From a virus, in the IMG/VR virus record IMGVR_UViG_3300008267_000018, positions 1-64,000 of that record: a DNA stretch of 64,000 nt; one strand, written 5' to 3'. Below are positions 26,722 through 36,897 of the stretch, piece after piece (position 1 is the first letter of the stretch; each line of letters starts with the position of its first letter). Under the pieces are notes generated by a model. It did not search any database. It was not told the DNA's origin and saw only the letters and a list, made by a program, of their open reading frames with translations. The position numbers and the translations under genes are program-made.

Positions 26722-28587
26722 TCAGTGAGTCTCAGCCCAACTGTACCCAATCCTAGAGTCGCCTTCAATCTTGCAACGAAAATTAAAGAAGTCTCCAGCA
26801 GCTGGGAAAGCAATCATAGCCTGCTCCCTGATTTGATTTGTGTACACAGGATTACAAACAAGTTGAATCTCATCATGGACCATCAAGACTTGCTCCCAAT
26901 CCTTGCCGTGCACCAAGCCAAGGTTCTGTTCAATGTTGTTGTGAATGGTTACAACAACTTGCTTCATGATGATTGCACCAGCTGATTGCAATAAAACATT
27001 CAATCCTTTAAACGCAGAACGGCAATGCAACGTACGTTTATCTAATCCATATAAATAGTTGCGTGTTGAAATGTTGTTTTCAATCTCACGCTTTAATCTT
27101 TTCAATGCTGGCACGCCATCCATGAATGAATTGATTGCAGTACTTCCTAGTTTGCGCAGAACAAATTCATCTTTTTCATTCGGATCAATAATCGTACCAG
27201 CCTTGACTGATCCACATCCATACAACATTCCATACAGCAAACGCTTACTGATGTCCCTGGTCTCTACGCCAAATTGTTTTTGGTTGTAGATATGAATGTC
27301 ACCAGTTGGATCTGTTACAAGTTCTGCATACTCACCGTTATCCCAAATTGCTAAGTACCCGGCAAGGCACCTAAGCTCCAAAGCTTTAGCATCGATCCCA
27401 ATAAGATCCCAACCATCAGGAGCATGGAATAGTGAACGGCATTCTTTTCCATAAGGTGAATAACCTGCTGGCACCTGGCCCATGTTTGGTGATCGGTGTG
27501 CACAACGACCCGTAATGCATCCGTTGGTAATCACGTCACCATGCATCCGTCCGTTCTCATTGTTGACAAGCTTGAGCCAAGCATTGTTACCATCAGCAAT
27601 CTGACCAAGACGTTTCTTGATCAGCATGTATTCAGCTAATGGCTTCGCTTCTGCATACGGAAGTGCTCCGAGTATATCGTCATCAAGAGTTGGATTGCCT
27701 TTCTCAGTAGTTTTCTCTGGAACCCACCCGTATTTTTGTTGTAAGCGATCAACAATTTGCGCACGAGATCCAGGATTAAATTCTTCGTACGTGACTTTAA
27801 TAAACGGCTCGCCCTTGACATACCCACGTTTAGTGTTGTTGACCTTTGGGACAAAGACCGTTTCATGTTTGATGGGCGGGAAGATTTGTTTCAGATGTTT
27901 AACAAGTTCCTCTTCCTTTGCTCGGAGATCATCCACCAAATCAATAGCAGCATCCACATCGAAAGGAATACCCGCTCTAATTTGTCGGTTAATCGCCAAG
28001 GCAAAGTCATGCTCAAGCTTGAGCGCAGCTTGCTGGTAGTTCTGCTTGACGGTATGCTCCCAAAGTTTCTTTGTGACTTGAACGTCCTGGACACAGTAGT
28101 CCAACATCTCCTGGGAATACTCTTTGAAATCTTTGAAGTCAATCTTGTGATCAGCGAGACGCCAACCCCAGGCTTTGAGCGAAGCTGAACCCCGCAAGTT
28201 CTTTGGAACCTGCGGATATTGTTCGATGTCAAGGTCATAGAGAAGTTCTTTGGGCCAGATGAGTCGTGTGCAGATGAGTGTGTCAATGACACGTGCGTTG
28301 TGTTTGAATTCGGGATACAGCTTTTCTAATACTGGTAGGTCATAGAAGATCACGTTGTGGCCAATGAGTACATCAGCGGTTGCCAGATGATCAAGAGCAG
28401 CAGCAATACGATCAGGCCCATAAGTAAAAGTTTGTTGGGCTGTGATGTCATGAATGACAATGCAATGGGTCAGTGTGACCTTGTCATAAAGATTATTAGT
28501 CTCAATGTCAAAGATCAGCCAACGCTCATTTACGGAATCGGGCTTCATCTTGAATTGAGAGTTCTTCGCGAGAAAGGTCTTCGTCAT
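26722..28587 (-). CDS. polA: DNA polymerase family A, T7-like (3'-5' exonuclease plus polymerase)
   Basis: FDIET exo I, GHNVIFYD exo II; DAKALELR motif A; RDISKRLLYGMLYG motif B (Tyr762 type); VHDEIQ motif C. Confidence 0.95.
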   Translation of the reverse strand: MTKTFLAKNSQFKMKPDSVNERWLIFDIETNNLYDKVTLTHCIVIHDITAQQTFTYGPDRIAAALDHLATADVLIGHNVIFYDLPVLEKLYPEFKHNARVIDTLICTRLIWPKELLYDLDIEQYPQVPKNLRGSASLKAWGWRLADHKIDFKDFKEYSQEMLDYCVQDVQVTKKLWEHTVKQNYQQAALKLEHDFALAINRQIRAGIPFDVDAAIDLVDDLRAKEEELVKHLKQIFPPIKHETVFVPKVNNTKRGYVKGEPFIKVTYEEFNPGSRAQIVDRLQQKYGWVPEKTTEKGNPTLDDDILGALPYAEAKPLAEYMLIKKRLGQIADGNNAWLKLVNNENGRMHGDVITNGCITGRCAHRSPNMGQVPAGYSPYGKECRSLFHAPDGWDLIGIDAKALELRCLAGYLAIWDNGEYAELVTDPTGDIHIYNQKQFGVETRDISKRLLYGMLYGCGSVKAGTIIDPNEKDEFVLRKLGSTAINSFMDGVPALKRLKREIENNISTRNYLYGLDKRTLHCRSAFKGLNVLLQSAGAIIMKQVVVTIHNNIEQNLGLVHGKDWEQVLMVHDEIQLVCNPVYTNQIREQAMIAFPAAGDFFNFRCKIEGDSRIGYSWAETH

Positions 28588-28759
28588 TCTTGTTAATCCA
28601 CGTCAAGACTTGCTGTGCACCCGCACGATACGGATGAGAGAAGATCTTGTTAAGAGCTACGTCAGAGTCTAACGGAATTAATTCAAATGAATTGGATTGG
28701 TTGCACGCAGTTATTGCGTGAGGTAATCCATCTTTCCATGTAGCAATGACGTAGCTCAT
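28526..28759 (-). CDS. Hypothetical protein
   Basis: 77-aa ORF overlapping the polA start region. Confidence 0.5.
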   Translation of the reverse strand: MSYVIATWKDGLPHAITACNQSNSFELIPLDSDVALNKIFSHPYRAGAQQVLTWINKNDEDLSREELSIQDEARFRK

Positions 28760-28815
28760 CGGAATAAAACAAGAACGGTCAGATGTTAACCGATCTATTT
28801 AATTATGCAAGTATC

Positions 28816-29583
28816 TTAAGATTCTTTTTTGAATGTCTTGCCATAGCCAACGAAGCCACCATCCTTCTTGCGTTGTGTAACAGCTTGCATAGCCTCAGAT
28901 CCAGCACGCTGGCTACCGTGCACCAAAAGTGCAAATGGTTTGTCACCAAGGCAATGGCTGTCGTCATGATCAATCTCAAGACCCAGCTCTGCCGCTTGCT
29001 CTTCCGTATATACAACGTAAGCAACCCGCTGGAACACATCGCTGTACTTGGGGATCAAGTAGTCGAGTGTCCCACCGGAAGATGCAGTGAGATAGAAGTT
29101 GGATGGGATTTGATCACGCAGGTTATACCACATACCAAGAGACTTGGTATAAGCATAGAACGTTTGCTTAGGTCGCTGGGCAGCAGCCATCAGCCAAGCA
29201 CGCATGTAGTTCTCAGTCCAGAAGTCACCAGACTCATGGACACGTACCAGTTTTTTTGGTGCTTGTAATGTGAGCGATAGGTCGATCAGGTCACGAAGCA
29301 ACATAGCCTGGTTCCCATTGGAGTGGATGACCTCACGAATGAGATCCCAGTTGTGCCATCGTGCCGCACGAACGTTGGGCCGCACCTCTGCCATGGCAGC
29401 AAAGCAACGGAACTCATCTGCTTCTGTGCCCGTGTACTGGGGCAGATCGGTAATGAGTCCGGTGACACGGTCAGCAAATGTCTTACAGACACCAGCGTGT
29501 GGGCATGAGTGACCAGCAGGCAGCGAGAAGATCAAACGATTCTTGAGCTTGCCGTTGCCGTTGGAGAATTTAAGGAGTTTCAT
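28816..29583 (-). CDS. GP88-family protein (radical-SAM-like)
   Basis: NGKL..FSLPAGHSCPHAGVC..CFA..VRVHESGDF..FYAYTKS. Confidence 0.75.
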   Translation of the reverse strand: MKLLKFSNGNGKLKNRLIFSLPAGHSCPHAGVCKTFADRVTGLITDLPQYTGTEADEFRCFAAMAEVRPNVRAARWHNWDLIREVIHSNGNQAMLLRDLIDLSLTLQAPKKLVRVHESGDFWTENYMRAWLMAAAQRPKQTFYAYTKSLGMWYNLRDQIPSNFYLTASSGGTLDYLIPKYSDVFQRVAYVVYTEEQAAELGLEIDHDDSHCLGDKPFALLVHGSQRAGSEAMQAVTQRKKDGGFVGYGKTFKKES

Positions 29584-29615
29584 TGGTGTTGAATGTGATT
29601 GATTAGTAGAACTGA

Positions 29616-29643
29616 TGAATGAGTTTAGGGACATCTCAGGTCC
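29616..29643 (-). promoter_or_regulatory. 5'-UTR pseudoknot, copy 4
   Basis: GGAC-CUGAGAU-GUCC-CUAAAC-UCAUUCA. Confidence 0.7.
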
Positions 29644-29716
29644 GTATCCCGTACAGGAATATTACCAGATCCCCTGCGCCGCAAGGGATTTGGTGCTACG
29701 ATTCGGTCGTAGTTTT

Positions 29717-29941
29717 TTAGGAGTCACTAGGCATTCCGTCGCCGGTGGACGGCGGGCAGGTCAGTACGCGAGAGTGCTCACCATCCACCACCTCAATCAC
29801 ACCAGACATCAAGTCATCTGGTACAAAGTTCAAGGCATTGCGGATGTAGAGCATTGAGTCCGTGTACTCACGTCCATCCAATCCACCTAAAGCAATAGCT
29901 TCCCAGTGTTCAATAGCTAGTTCTTTAATTGAGTATTCCAT
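29717..29941 (-). CDS. Hypothetical protein
   Basis: Abuts the upstream stop codon. Confidence 0.5.
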   Translation of the reverse strand: MEYSIKELAIEHWEAIALGGLDGREYTDSMLYIRNALNFVPDDLMSGVIEVVDGEHSRVLTCPPSTGDGMPSDS

Positions 29942-30193
29942 TTAAATACAAGAACTCTTTTCATCTTGTTCCAGTTCTTTTATTAAGTCTTCAACGACAT
30001 GAGAGGGAATGCAGTGTGGTGTTTCCACCCAGTCCTCACCGTAATAAGTTGTCTCTTCGGAATTCATGAGTTGCTTCAAAGCTGCGGCAACAGCATAGCG
30101 ATGCCAATACGCTCTATCTTGTTGATGACTATCCCAAAAAACCTGCATGATTTTTCTTGTCAATTTTTGAATAGCAGTAAATTTTTTGGTCAT
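29942..30193 (-). CDS. Hypothetical protein
   Basis: ATGA overlap with thyX. Confidence 0.55.
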   Translation of the reverse strand: MTKKFTAIQKLTRKIMQVFWDSHQQDRAYWHRYAVAAALKQLMNSEETTYYGEDWVETPHCIPSHVVEDLIKELEQDEKSSCI

Positions 30194-30867
30194 TCGAATA
30201 CAGCCTCGCCAATGATGGGGAATTGTTCACAGAAGATCTCTTTGATCTCCTCTGCAATTTGCCGATGCTCGAGCTGAGTGCTTACATCACAACGCAGTTG
30301 TAGGTAATGGATCCATGAACGGAGTGATCCATTCATGTACATCTTTGTCTTAGTTGCAATAGGAAGTACAGCACGTGCACATTCCTTGGCAACACCGCTG
30401 CTAACCATCTCGCGATACAGATGTTCTGCATCTTCAAACAAATGGCCAATGCGTCGATAGTATCCAGCAATTACATCAGGAGACAAATCGTCAATACTAT
30501 TCTGACGATTCTTGATGTCCTGCCTACGCAGATGTGGGATAACAGATGAGCCCAGTTCACCTACGTCCGCATACCGCTGGCTAAATTCCTGGAAAGAGAA
30601 TGAACGATGCCTTAGTATTTGCGCTGAGATACCACGAGTTGTTTCGATTTCAACACAAAGGTTAGCCATCTCGTATGGTGACCAGTGCTTGTGCTTAATC
30701 AGATAACGCAACAGGCGTGGTGCTGTATCCATGTTGTCTTGATTTTTTGGAGCGCTTACGCGTGCCATCTTGACAATCATTTCTTCTGCGTTGGGCGTAG
30801 CCCAAACAAGCTTGACGTTCATACCGGAGGCGGGGTTAGCGTTCCCAATCATAGTTGTAACGGACAT
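30190..30867 (-). CDS. thyX: Flavin-dependent thymidylate synthase
   Basis: HWSPYE; RHRSFSFQEFSQRY ThyX motif; GVAKECAR. Confidence 0.95.
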   Translation of the reverse strand: MSVTTMIGNANPASGMNVKLVWATPNAEEMIVKMARVSAPKNQDNMDTAPRLLRYLIKHKHWSPYEMANLCVEIETTRGISAQILRHRSFSFQEFSQRYADVGELGSSVIPHLRRQDIKNRQNSIDDLSPDVIAGYYRRIGHLFEDAEHLYREMVSSGVAKECARAVLPIATKTKMYMNGSLRSWIHYLQLRCDVSTQLEHRQIAEEIKEIFCEQFPIIGEAVFE

Positions 30868-31084
30868 CGTTTTCGCCTTTAACAGCTTGTTCGATTAACC
30901 AATTAGACACATCATGAATTGTTTCGTTACGAAGCCTGCGATTGCAATCAACTTCAATGAGTTCAGTTGGAATACGCTCGGCAATCATACGCATAAACTT
31001 TGCATATTTTTCTCCTGGATTTGAATGCCAAGATTCATCAAGGTGTTTCATTTGAATCCATAAAGGAAGTGTGTTGTTTGCCAT
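30836..31084 (-). CDS. Hypothetical protein
   Basis: 82-aa ORF. Confidence 0.5.
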   Translation of the reverse strand: MANNTLPLWIQMKHLDESWHSNPGEKYAKFMRMIAERIPTELIEVDCNRRLRNETIHDVSNWLIEQAVKGENDVRYNYDWER

Positions 31085-31117
31085 GGTGTTATGTTGATAG
31101 CCTTTCTAATTCTGACA

Positions 31118-31393
31118 TTAGACATTGGGTTCATCTGGTAGTTCGTTGATTAATGCATAGTCACCAATGATTGCAAGCGCTGCTTTGTTGTAAGCACGTG
31201 CTGCGTCAATCTCATTTTCATAATTGCCAAGATAGTAGCGCTTCCCTTTGTAGGTCAACGTTGCTCGGTACATACCCTTGTTGCCTCGGCTTACACCACG
31301 GTATTTGCTGTAAGCAGTAGCAGGTCTTGGCCTGGATGCCTGAGAAAGATAGAAGTCTTTATCAGTCATTTTCCTGGTGAGATAGCTAACCAT
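31118..31393 (-). CDS. Stand-alone AP2-domain DNA-binding protein
   Basis: SKYRGVS..YLGNYENEIDAARAYNKAA. Confidence 0.8.
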   Translation of the reverse strand: MVSYLTRKMTDKDFYLSQASRPRPATAYSKYRGVSRGNKGMYRATLTYKGKRYYLGNYENEIDAARAYNKAALAIIGDYALINELPDEPNV

Positions 31394-33065
31394 TGGCTTG
31401 CTCCAGTTCGTTGGCAAGTTTCCACAAGTAATCTTGAGATGCAGAATCATAAAGCTGATCCGCAGCAGCACGAAGGACGGCAGCGATGTCGTTATTCCTG
31501 TACCAAGTCTTGCGGCCAGCAGCATCCAACACCGCTTGAGCGGCAGGGGAAAGGTCAGTCATTGATGCCCTCCAGTTCGTCGGCGATGGTGAGGATGTTT
31601 TTCTCAGTAATACCAAAATACTTAAGTTCTTGTACCACAGCCCGCAGAACGGCGGCAGTACAGCGATAATCTTTGGCCATAGGGCCATCTAACCAGCCAC
31701 AGTTATTCATGTAAGCATCCAGCACTGCATCAGCGGCTGGGGAAAGTTCAGTCATTAATGTTCTCCAGTTCGTTGGCAATATCTAAAATGTCTTGCCGAA
31801 TATCATCTGCTCCTTTAATACGTGATGCTAATGCATAGAGAGTAGCAATAACAATTTGACGGGAATACGAATCAGGTTCTACTTCCCATTCAGCAACAGC
31901 GTCAAAGATTGCTTGACTAGCAGGGGAAAGGTTAGTCATCAAGTTGCTCCAGTGCTAAACGAATGGTGTCCACCTCAGCTTCACTCCAAAAATCTTTTGG
32001 ATATTTCAGCGTTTCTAGTGCCTGTTCCTTCAAGCTCGGCGGCTTGGGGCGCATTGCTTCTTTTAAGGATTCACCCATTGGAGTAATCCTTAGATGCGGT
32101 TCATTCAAGGTATTGTAATCTAGCCACTCTGCATCTTTTGCAAGTTGTTGGTCTGCGCCCCACTGAGCAGCACGTGCAGCAATATGAAGCTCGTAAAGCC
32201 AATCACGTTCGTCATAACACTTTTCAGAAGCCCACTGCTCTATGAGCTCGCGAGGTGGGGTAATAGAGTTAGTCATCGTTCGGCCTCCTGAACTCACCTA
32301 CATACGATTCGTCAGTCATTGGGCATAGCCTCCAGCTCGGCGGCGATGACGAGAAGTTGGGCGCGGATCTCGTCCATAGCGTCCCAACGCACAAAAGGTG
32401 TGCCGATTAGTGGAGGAGCAGTCTCTGGCACCACTTGATCCGCAGCAGCTTGCAGGGCGGCGGCAGCAATCCAGCGGGATTCGTTTAGGCAGTCATCTGC
32501 CCCCCAGGAGCTGGCACCGTTGGCGGCATCCAGCACAGCTTCAGCGGCGGGGGAGAGGTCAGTCATGGGCAGGCGATCGCTCACCGGGATGGGCTGCGGC
32601 CCCTCCGGCTCGGGCTGGTCCAGGGCGGCGCGGGCGCGTTCCAGCAAGGCGTGATGGACTTCATCCACCGCATAGGTATTGAACGCGGCGTGAAGCTCAG
32701 CGCACAGCTCTCGGTAGTCAGTCATGGAGTTGCTCTAGTGCGCGGCGGATGGTCTGGGCGGCGTTGTTGTTGATGTGCCCACCTTCCCAAGCGTTCTCAA
32801 GCATTTCAAGCGCCTGCTCCTTCAAGCTCGGCGGATTGGGGCGGCGGGCGGCGCGGATGTAGCGAGCAAAGTCATAAGCATCCTCACCAGCGTCAATTTC
32901 AACCAGCCTTAGGCACGCCTCCAGCTCCTGGTCGGCGCCCCATTGGGCGGCGTGGTGGGCAATAAACAACTCGTATGCCCAGTTCTCGTCGTTGCTTTGA
33001 ACAGGGCTAGCAGCTGACCACTGCTGCACCAGCTCCGGCGGTGGGGTGATGGGGTGGTTAGTCAT
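31386..33065 (-). repeat. Array of six paralogous small CDS (31386-31562, 31555-31755, 31748-31939, 31932-32276, 32312-32725, 32718-33065)
   Basis: Shared modules MTxLSPAxxAxxDA..AxELE and ITPPxEL..W..AAQWGADQ..RPxPPSLKEQAL..IRxALEQLxD. Confidence 0.8.
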
Positions 33066-33067
33066 TG

Positions 33068-33370
33068 TTATTCTCCAAGTAATGCGCAGGTTTGATCCAT
33101 GAGTTGAGGGAATACTTCAATAGGACAAATGCGACATTGCGCATGTTCCGTTGGTGTCTTGAGATGATCCCATTGAATCATCAATACTTTCATGGTGCGT
33201 TTACCAGTTAAGAACTTGGTGCGCACTTCAACCACAGTGCCGTACCGCTGGCTGCGGTACTGAGCAATGCGTGCTTTAACTTCTTGACGCACAGCAATCA
33301 AGCCATGAGTCTTGGGACGTTCGGCAACTCGGTCACCGACTTTGTAAATGAACTGAGCTTTGGTTGACAT
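33068..33370 (-). CDS. Hypothetical protein (SH3/KOW-like barrel)
   Basis: YKVGDRV..GTVVEV..IQWD. Confidence 0.5.
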   Translation of the reverse strand: MSTKAQFIYKVGDRVAERPKTHGLIAVRQEVKARIAQYRSQRYGTVVEVRTKFLTGKRTMKVLMIQWDHLKTPTEHAQCRICPIEVFPQLMDQTCALLGE

Positions 33371-33708
33371 TAGATGTGAGTCCAAACTTTGCGATTGACA
33401 ATACGTGAGACATGCCCACGATTGATGCCGTAGATAACAGAGATAGCAAAATTAGTTTTGCCCTCTTGTTTTAACTTGCGAATGTCCAAGATGTTTTGCT
33501 CAGTCAATACTGAGAATCCATTCTTAGATCCTTGCGTATCAGCAAGCTTACCGCCTTTCTTAGGACCACGCCTATAGTTTTCATACCGTTCAATGGTACG
33601 AAACTTATGGTCGCAATCCAAACAACGGATGTAGCGTTTGGTTAATGTTTCGTAATGATCAGTACACGTAACTCGTGTGTTAGTCGATTGACACTGATGG
33701 CACTTCAT
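33370..33708 (-). CDS. Zn-ribbon (NrdR N-terminal-like) plus HTH protein
   Basis: CHQCQ..TRVT..RYIRCLDCDHKFRTIE; LTEQNILDIR..VSRIV..WTHI. Confidence 0.7.
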   Translation of the reverse strand: MKCHQCQSTNTRVTCTDHYETLTKRYIRCLDCDHKFRTIERYENYRRGPKKGGKLADTQGSKNGFSVLTEQNILDIRKLKQEGKTNFAISVIYGINRGHVSRIVNRKVWTHI

Positions 33709-34021
33709 TTGTTTTGTTGGGTTGAAGTTGATCTAGATTAAGAGCATCAAGCATGTCAACCGTTACATGCGGACTAACAAGCTTGAAGCAATCAACAATT
33801 AAATCATGTTTACGTTCTAATGGTTTGTAATAATCAAACAAAATTTCTTCTGCTCGATCAAAGTTGTCATACTGTCCAGTCAATCGTTCAAGGACATCAC
33901 TGGTCATGCAGTCAACAATTGCAGGCACAAGTGTTTCGCATACAGGACCCCATGCCCAGTCTGGGATGTGATCAACAATCTGATCAATGAGATCTAGATC
34001 AATAGGAGTTGAGCTTGTCAT
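33680..34021 (-). CDS. Hypothetical protein
   Basis: Likely start MTSSTP. Confidence 0.5.
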   Translation of the reverse strand: MTSSTPIDLDLIDQIVDHIPDWAWGPVCETLVPAIVDCMTSDVLERLTGQYDNFDRAEEILFDYYKPLERKHDLIVDCFKLVSPHVTVDMLDALNLDQLQPNKTNEVPSVSID

Positions 34022-34069
34022 AGAGAAAGACCCCCGCTTGCGCAGGGGTCCGAACATTCCGCAAGTAGT

Positions 34070-34432
34070 TTACGCTGGCTGGGCCTGCGTGTCCACCACC
34101 TGATCCAACATTCCATTTTCCTTAAGGCGATCAAGCATGCCGCACATGATGTTGGCATGAGCATGAGTCTGCTCCATGAATGCACGTGCACGCTCTGCTG
34201 ACATGACATGGATGCCACCATCAGGAGCTACGTACTTCCAGCTGCCATCAGGCTGTGGATCCCCCTGGAGCGCAAGCCGTTCAGAGTTGTGGACGTACTT
34301 GATCTCTAGGTTGTGATAGTCATGGAGACCGTCCTGAGCTGTCCAGGTAGCGCCAATGTTGTAGCGCTGGTCAGCATCTGAGTATGCGTGGAACTCAGGG
34401 ATGATGTGCTTGAAGCAGGCAAAGATGTTCAT
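34070..34432 (-). CDS. Hypothetical protein
   Basis: Likely start MNIFAC after a CUCAACUCA leader. Confidence 0.6.
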   Translation of the reverse strand: MNIFACFKHIIPEFHAYSDADQRYNIGATWTAQDGLHDYHNLEIKYVHNSERLALQGDPQPDGSWKYVAPDGGIHVMSAERARAFMEQTHAHANIMCGMLDRLKENGMLDQVVDTQAQPA

Positions 34433-34455
34433 TGTGTTTGAGTTGAGTAGATAGG

Positions 34456-34531
34456 TGGTACCCGAGGTGAGATTCGAACTCACGCTTGAGGACTTTTAAG
34501 GTCCTTGCCTCTTCCGCTGGGCTACTCGGGC
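34456..34531 (-). tRNA. tRNA-Leu(UAA), short variable loop, encoded CCA
   Basis: GCCCGAG/CTCGGGT acceptor; AGGAC-CTTAAAA-GTCCT anticodon arm; GTGAG-TTCGAAT-CTCAC T arm; A-CCA. Confidence 0.9.
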
Positions 34532-34788
34532 TCACTTGGACTTACATCAATAGATGTTGAATGCCAAGTGTGATCTTGTGGCAATACTTCCATACCGTAC
34601 TGCCAGCTGTCATAGTCATCCTCATTACGAGGATCTTGTTCATCAATCAATACATAGTCAGGTGTGCCATGAGTATGTATGTACTCACCAAGGTTGGCAA
34701 GTGCCATTGCTAGCAGCTGTTGTTCTTCAAGAGTAATGTCACGGTGTTCAAACTCTTGATCAGTGTGCTTGCTAAACGGTTCAGTCAT
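34522..34788 (-). CDS. Acidic hypothetical protein; its stop lies inside the tRNA 5' end
   Basis: 88-aa ORF. Confidence 0.5.
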   Translation of the reverse strand: MTEPFSKHTDQEFEHRDITLEEQQLLAMALANLGEYIHTHGTPDYVLIDEQDPRNEDDYDSWQYGMEVLPQDHTWHSTSIDVSPSEPE

Positions 34789-34839
34789 GGATGAATGCCA
34801 GCCCTAGTATCGAGGCTAAGGCTGGCAAGCCTGTGCGGG

Positions 34840-36585
34840 CTACGCAGACTTTAGCTCATCATTGCGGGAATGCAACGCCTTGCCAAAGGCTTTTGTGTAT
34901 GCATCCTTCTGCTCGTCTGTCAACCGTTGGTTTGACATGCCAACGATCTGACTGACGGTCATCATGCCCATGTCAACTTTAAGTTGAACAGTGAACTGAG
35001 GTTTGCCATCCACCATACAGAGCACAATAAAATGCTTCTTCTTGCGTACACCATCAGCATAGTCTTTGGCATTGCCGACGCAATTGCGTACGGCTTGGCC
35101 CCATGCTGACAGTTGGTGTGTGTCATGAGGCTGGAAAAATGACCAACGCTCATCATTCACTTGTACCTTGACAGGTACAGGGAATAGATCTTGAGGTAAG
35201 CCAACGTTGGGATGCTTGATCTTCCATGCTTCTGCTTGCACATGGTCATGGAACTCAGTGAGACGCCAACGCTTTGGTGCTGTAATAACAATGTTGTTAC
35301 ACAGTACATCATCTAGCATAGACAGAGTATCATTCCAGTCACTGAAGTAGAACGTAACAACGCCTGTCTCAACAGGTGTGTAGTAGCTAAAACGATGCTG
35401 TTCACTTGCTGAAGTAAACTGCAAAGCATAGTGCTGCTTAAGCATGTTAAAGAAACTAGCTGGTTGCATATTGGTACGCAACCAAGTAACAGTTCTTTCA
35501 GGAAGGTAGCGATCAAGTCGCACACCCAATAGTTCTGTCACATGTGTTTGATAGTAATCAATAGGGCAGTCCGGCCAGATTCTGTTGATATAGTCAATAG
35601 ATTGAACCAGTTTCTCGATACGCTTCCAAGGCTGTGTTAGCTTACAAAACAGATTATTGTCTGGATCATTGAACATTGCAATAGCTTCATCACATTGTGA
35701 TTGAATCCATTTACGGAAGAATGGTTTACCAACAATGTGAATGATGCGACTAATAACACTGAAGTGTTGGCCATGAACTGAGTTGTTGCTTGGATATGTA
35801 TCAGCCAATGTATAAACAAGATCAGCAGATGGCACTAGATCAAGCATTGTTTGAACAGGATTATCAAACTGTTGCCAATACTTTGTGTAGCCTTTCAACT
35901 GAAGAATGTTGGTCCAGTTGTTAGTAGTGATACGATCAAAGAATCCACGTGAGTCATGCCATTTAGGAATGGTTGCAGATAACGTAGCTTCGAATGCATT
36001 AATGGTTTCTCTAATCCATTGGCCTTTGCCATATGAAATATAAAAACCGTTCCACCACTTTGTTGTTTGTCCGTTAACAATATCTTCCTTGGTTACGTTC
36101 TGACGTACGACACAGAATTCACTGCGTCCGTACTTAACGTATTCAACGGTACGCTTACTGTTGTTATCAATAAGAGTATGAGGGATGGATTTAAGTACAG
36201 AATCTAGATTCTTGTATGCATATGCATAGCCATACACATAGTCATCTTCTTGTCCTTTAGGTGGCAGCCATGCTGCATACCACACCTTCTCGTAGTGATA
36301 GATGATGGTATGCGTAATGGTGCGTGCCGTAGGTGTAGCAACATCTACCACCTTGGTAAACCGATGATGACGTTGCTCTACGCCTCTGGAGTTGATGCTA
36401 GTTACTGCATCTTCTAAAGCTTCTGGTCTAATGACATCAGCAGGGATCAGATCAAACACAGCACCAAGTGGAAACTTGGGCTTAGCCTTGACAGCTTTAG
36501 GATTCTGCTCCCGTGCCAGTTGCTTAAGCTTGGGATCGTAGGCCAGTAGTTCTGTTTGGAGATTGGAAGGAAGACGGAATTCCAT
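34840..36585 (-). CDS. PcfJ-domain protein
   Basis: C-terminal HD..L..WGQAVRNCVG..Y..QI.GMSN; start MEFRLP. Confidence 0.75.
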   Translation of the reverse strand: MEFRLPSNLQTELLAYDPKLKQLAREQNPKAVKAKPKFPLGAVFDLIPADVIRPEALEDAVTSINSRGVEQRHHRFTKVVDVATPTARTITHTIIYHYEKVWYAAWLPPKGQEDDYVYGYAYAYKNLDSVLKSIPHTLIDNNSKRTVEYVKYGRSEFCVVRQNVTKEDIVNGQTTKWWNGFYISYGKGQWIRETINAFEATLSATIPKWHDSRGFFDRITTNNWTNILQLKGYTKYWQQFDNPVQTMLDLVPSADLVYTLADTYPSNNSVHGQHFSVISRIIHIVGKPFFRKWIQSQCDEAIAMFNDPDNNLFCKLTQPWKRIEKLVQSIDYINRIWPDCPIDYYQTHVTELLGVRLDRYLPERTVTWLRTNMQPASFFNMLKQHYALQFTSASEQHRFSYYTPVETGVVTFYFSDWNDTLSMLDDVLCNNIVITAPKRWRLTEFHDHVQAEAWKIKHPNVGLPQDLFPVPVKVQVNDERWSFFQPHDTHQLSAWGQAVRNCVGNAKDYADGVRKKKHFIVLCMVDGKPQFTVQLKVDMGMMTVSQIVGMSNQRLTDEQKDAYTKAFGKALHSRNDELKSA

Positions 36586-36612
36586 GGTGAGTTCGTAGTA
36601 AGTTCGTAGTAG

Positions 36613-36640
36613 TGGACAGTTTAACGTCATGTCCAGGACG
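36613..36640 (-). promoter_or_regulatory. 5'-UTR pseudoknot, copy 5
   Basis: CGUC-CUGGACAU-GACG-UUAAAC-UGUCCA (perfect 6-bp P2). Confidence 0.85.
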
Positions 36641-36645
36641 TAGGG

Positions 36646-36894
36646 TTAGTCGTTATCTATTGGAAGGAGTTCCCAGTCAGGGTCGAGCTTAGCAAGATAA
36701 TCGCAGAAGCCATCTTCGTCAAGAGGGATTTGTTCTCCCTCATCCAGTTCAAAGCTAGTTCTGCATAGTGCAGGAGCGTACTCCTCAGGGTCAAGGTAAG
36801 TTGACCGATAGATGAGACGCATCTCGTCCACAATTGCTGTAACTGTGACTTCATATCCATTGATGGTTGTGTCTTCAATAGCAAGGACTTGCAT
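36646..36894 (-). CDS. Acidic hypothetical protein
   Basis: 82 aa; DPEEYAPALC. Confidence 0.6.
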   Translation of the reverse strand: MQVLAIEDTTINGYEVTVTAIVDEMRLIYRSTYLDPEEYAPALCRTSFELDEGEQIPLDEDGFCDYLAKLDPDWELLPIDND

Positions 36895-36897
36895 GAG

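Noticed and set aside
34456-34531. tRNA as attP / prophage boundary
   Set aside because: No integrase or duplicated tRNA 3' end in the window; phage genes continue on both sides.
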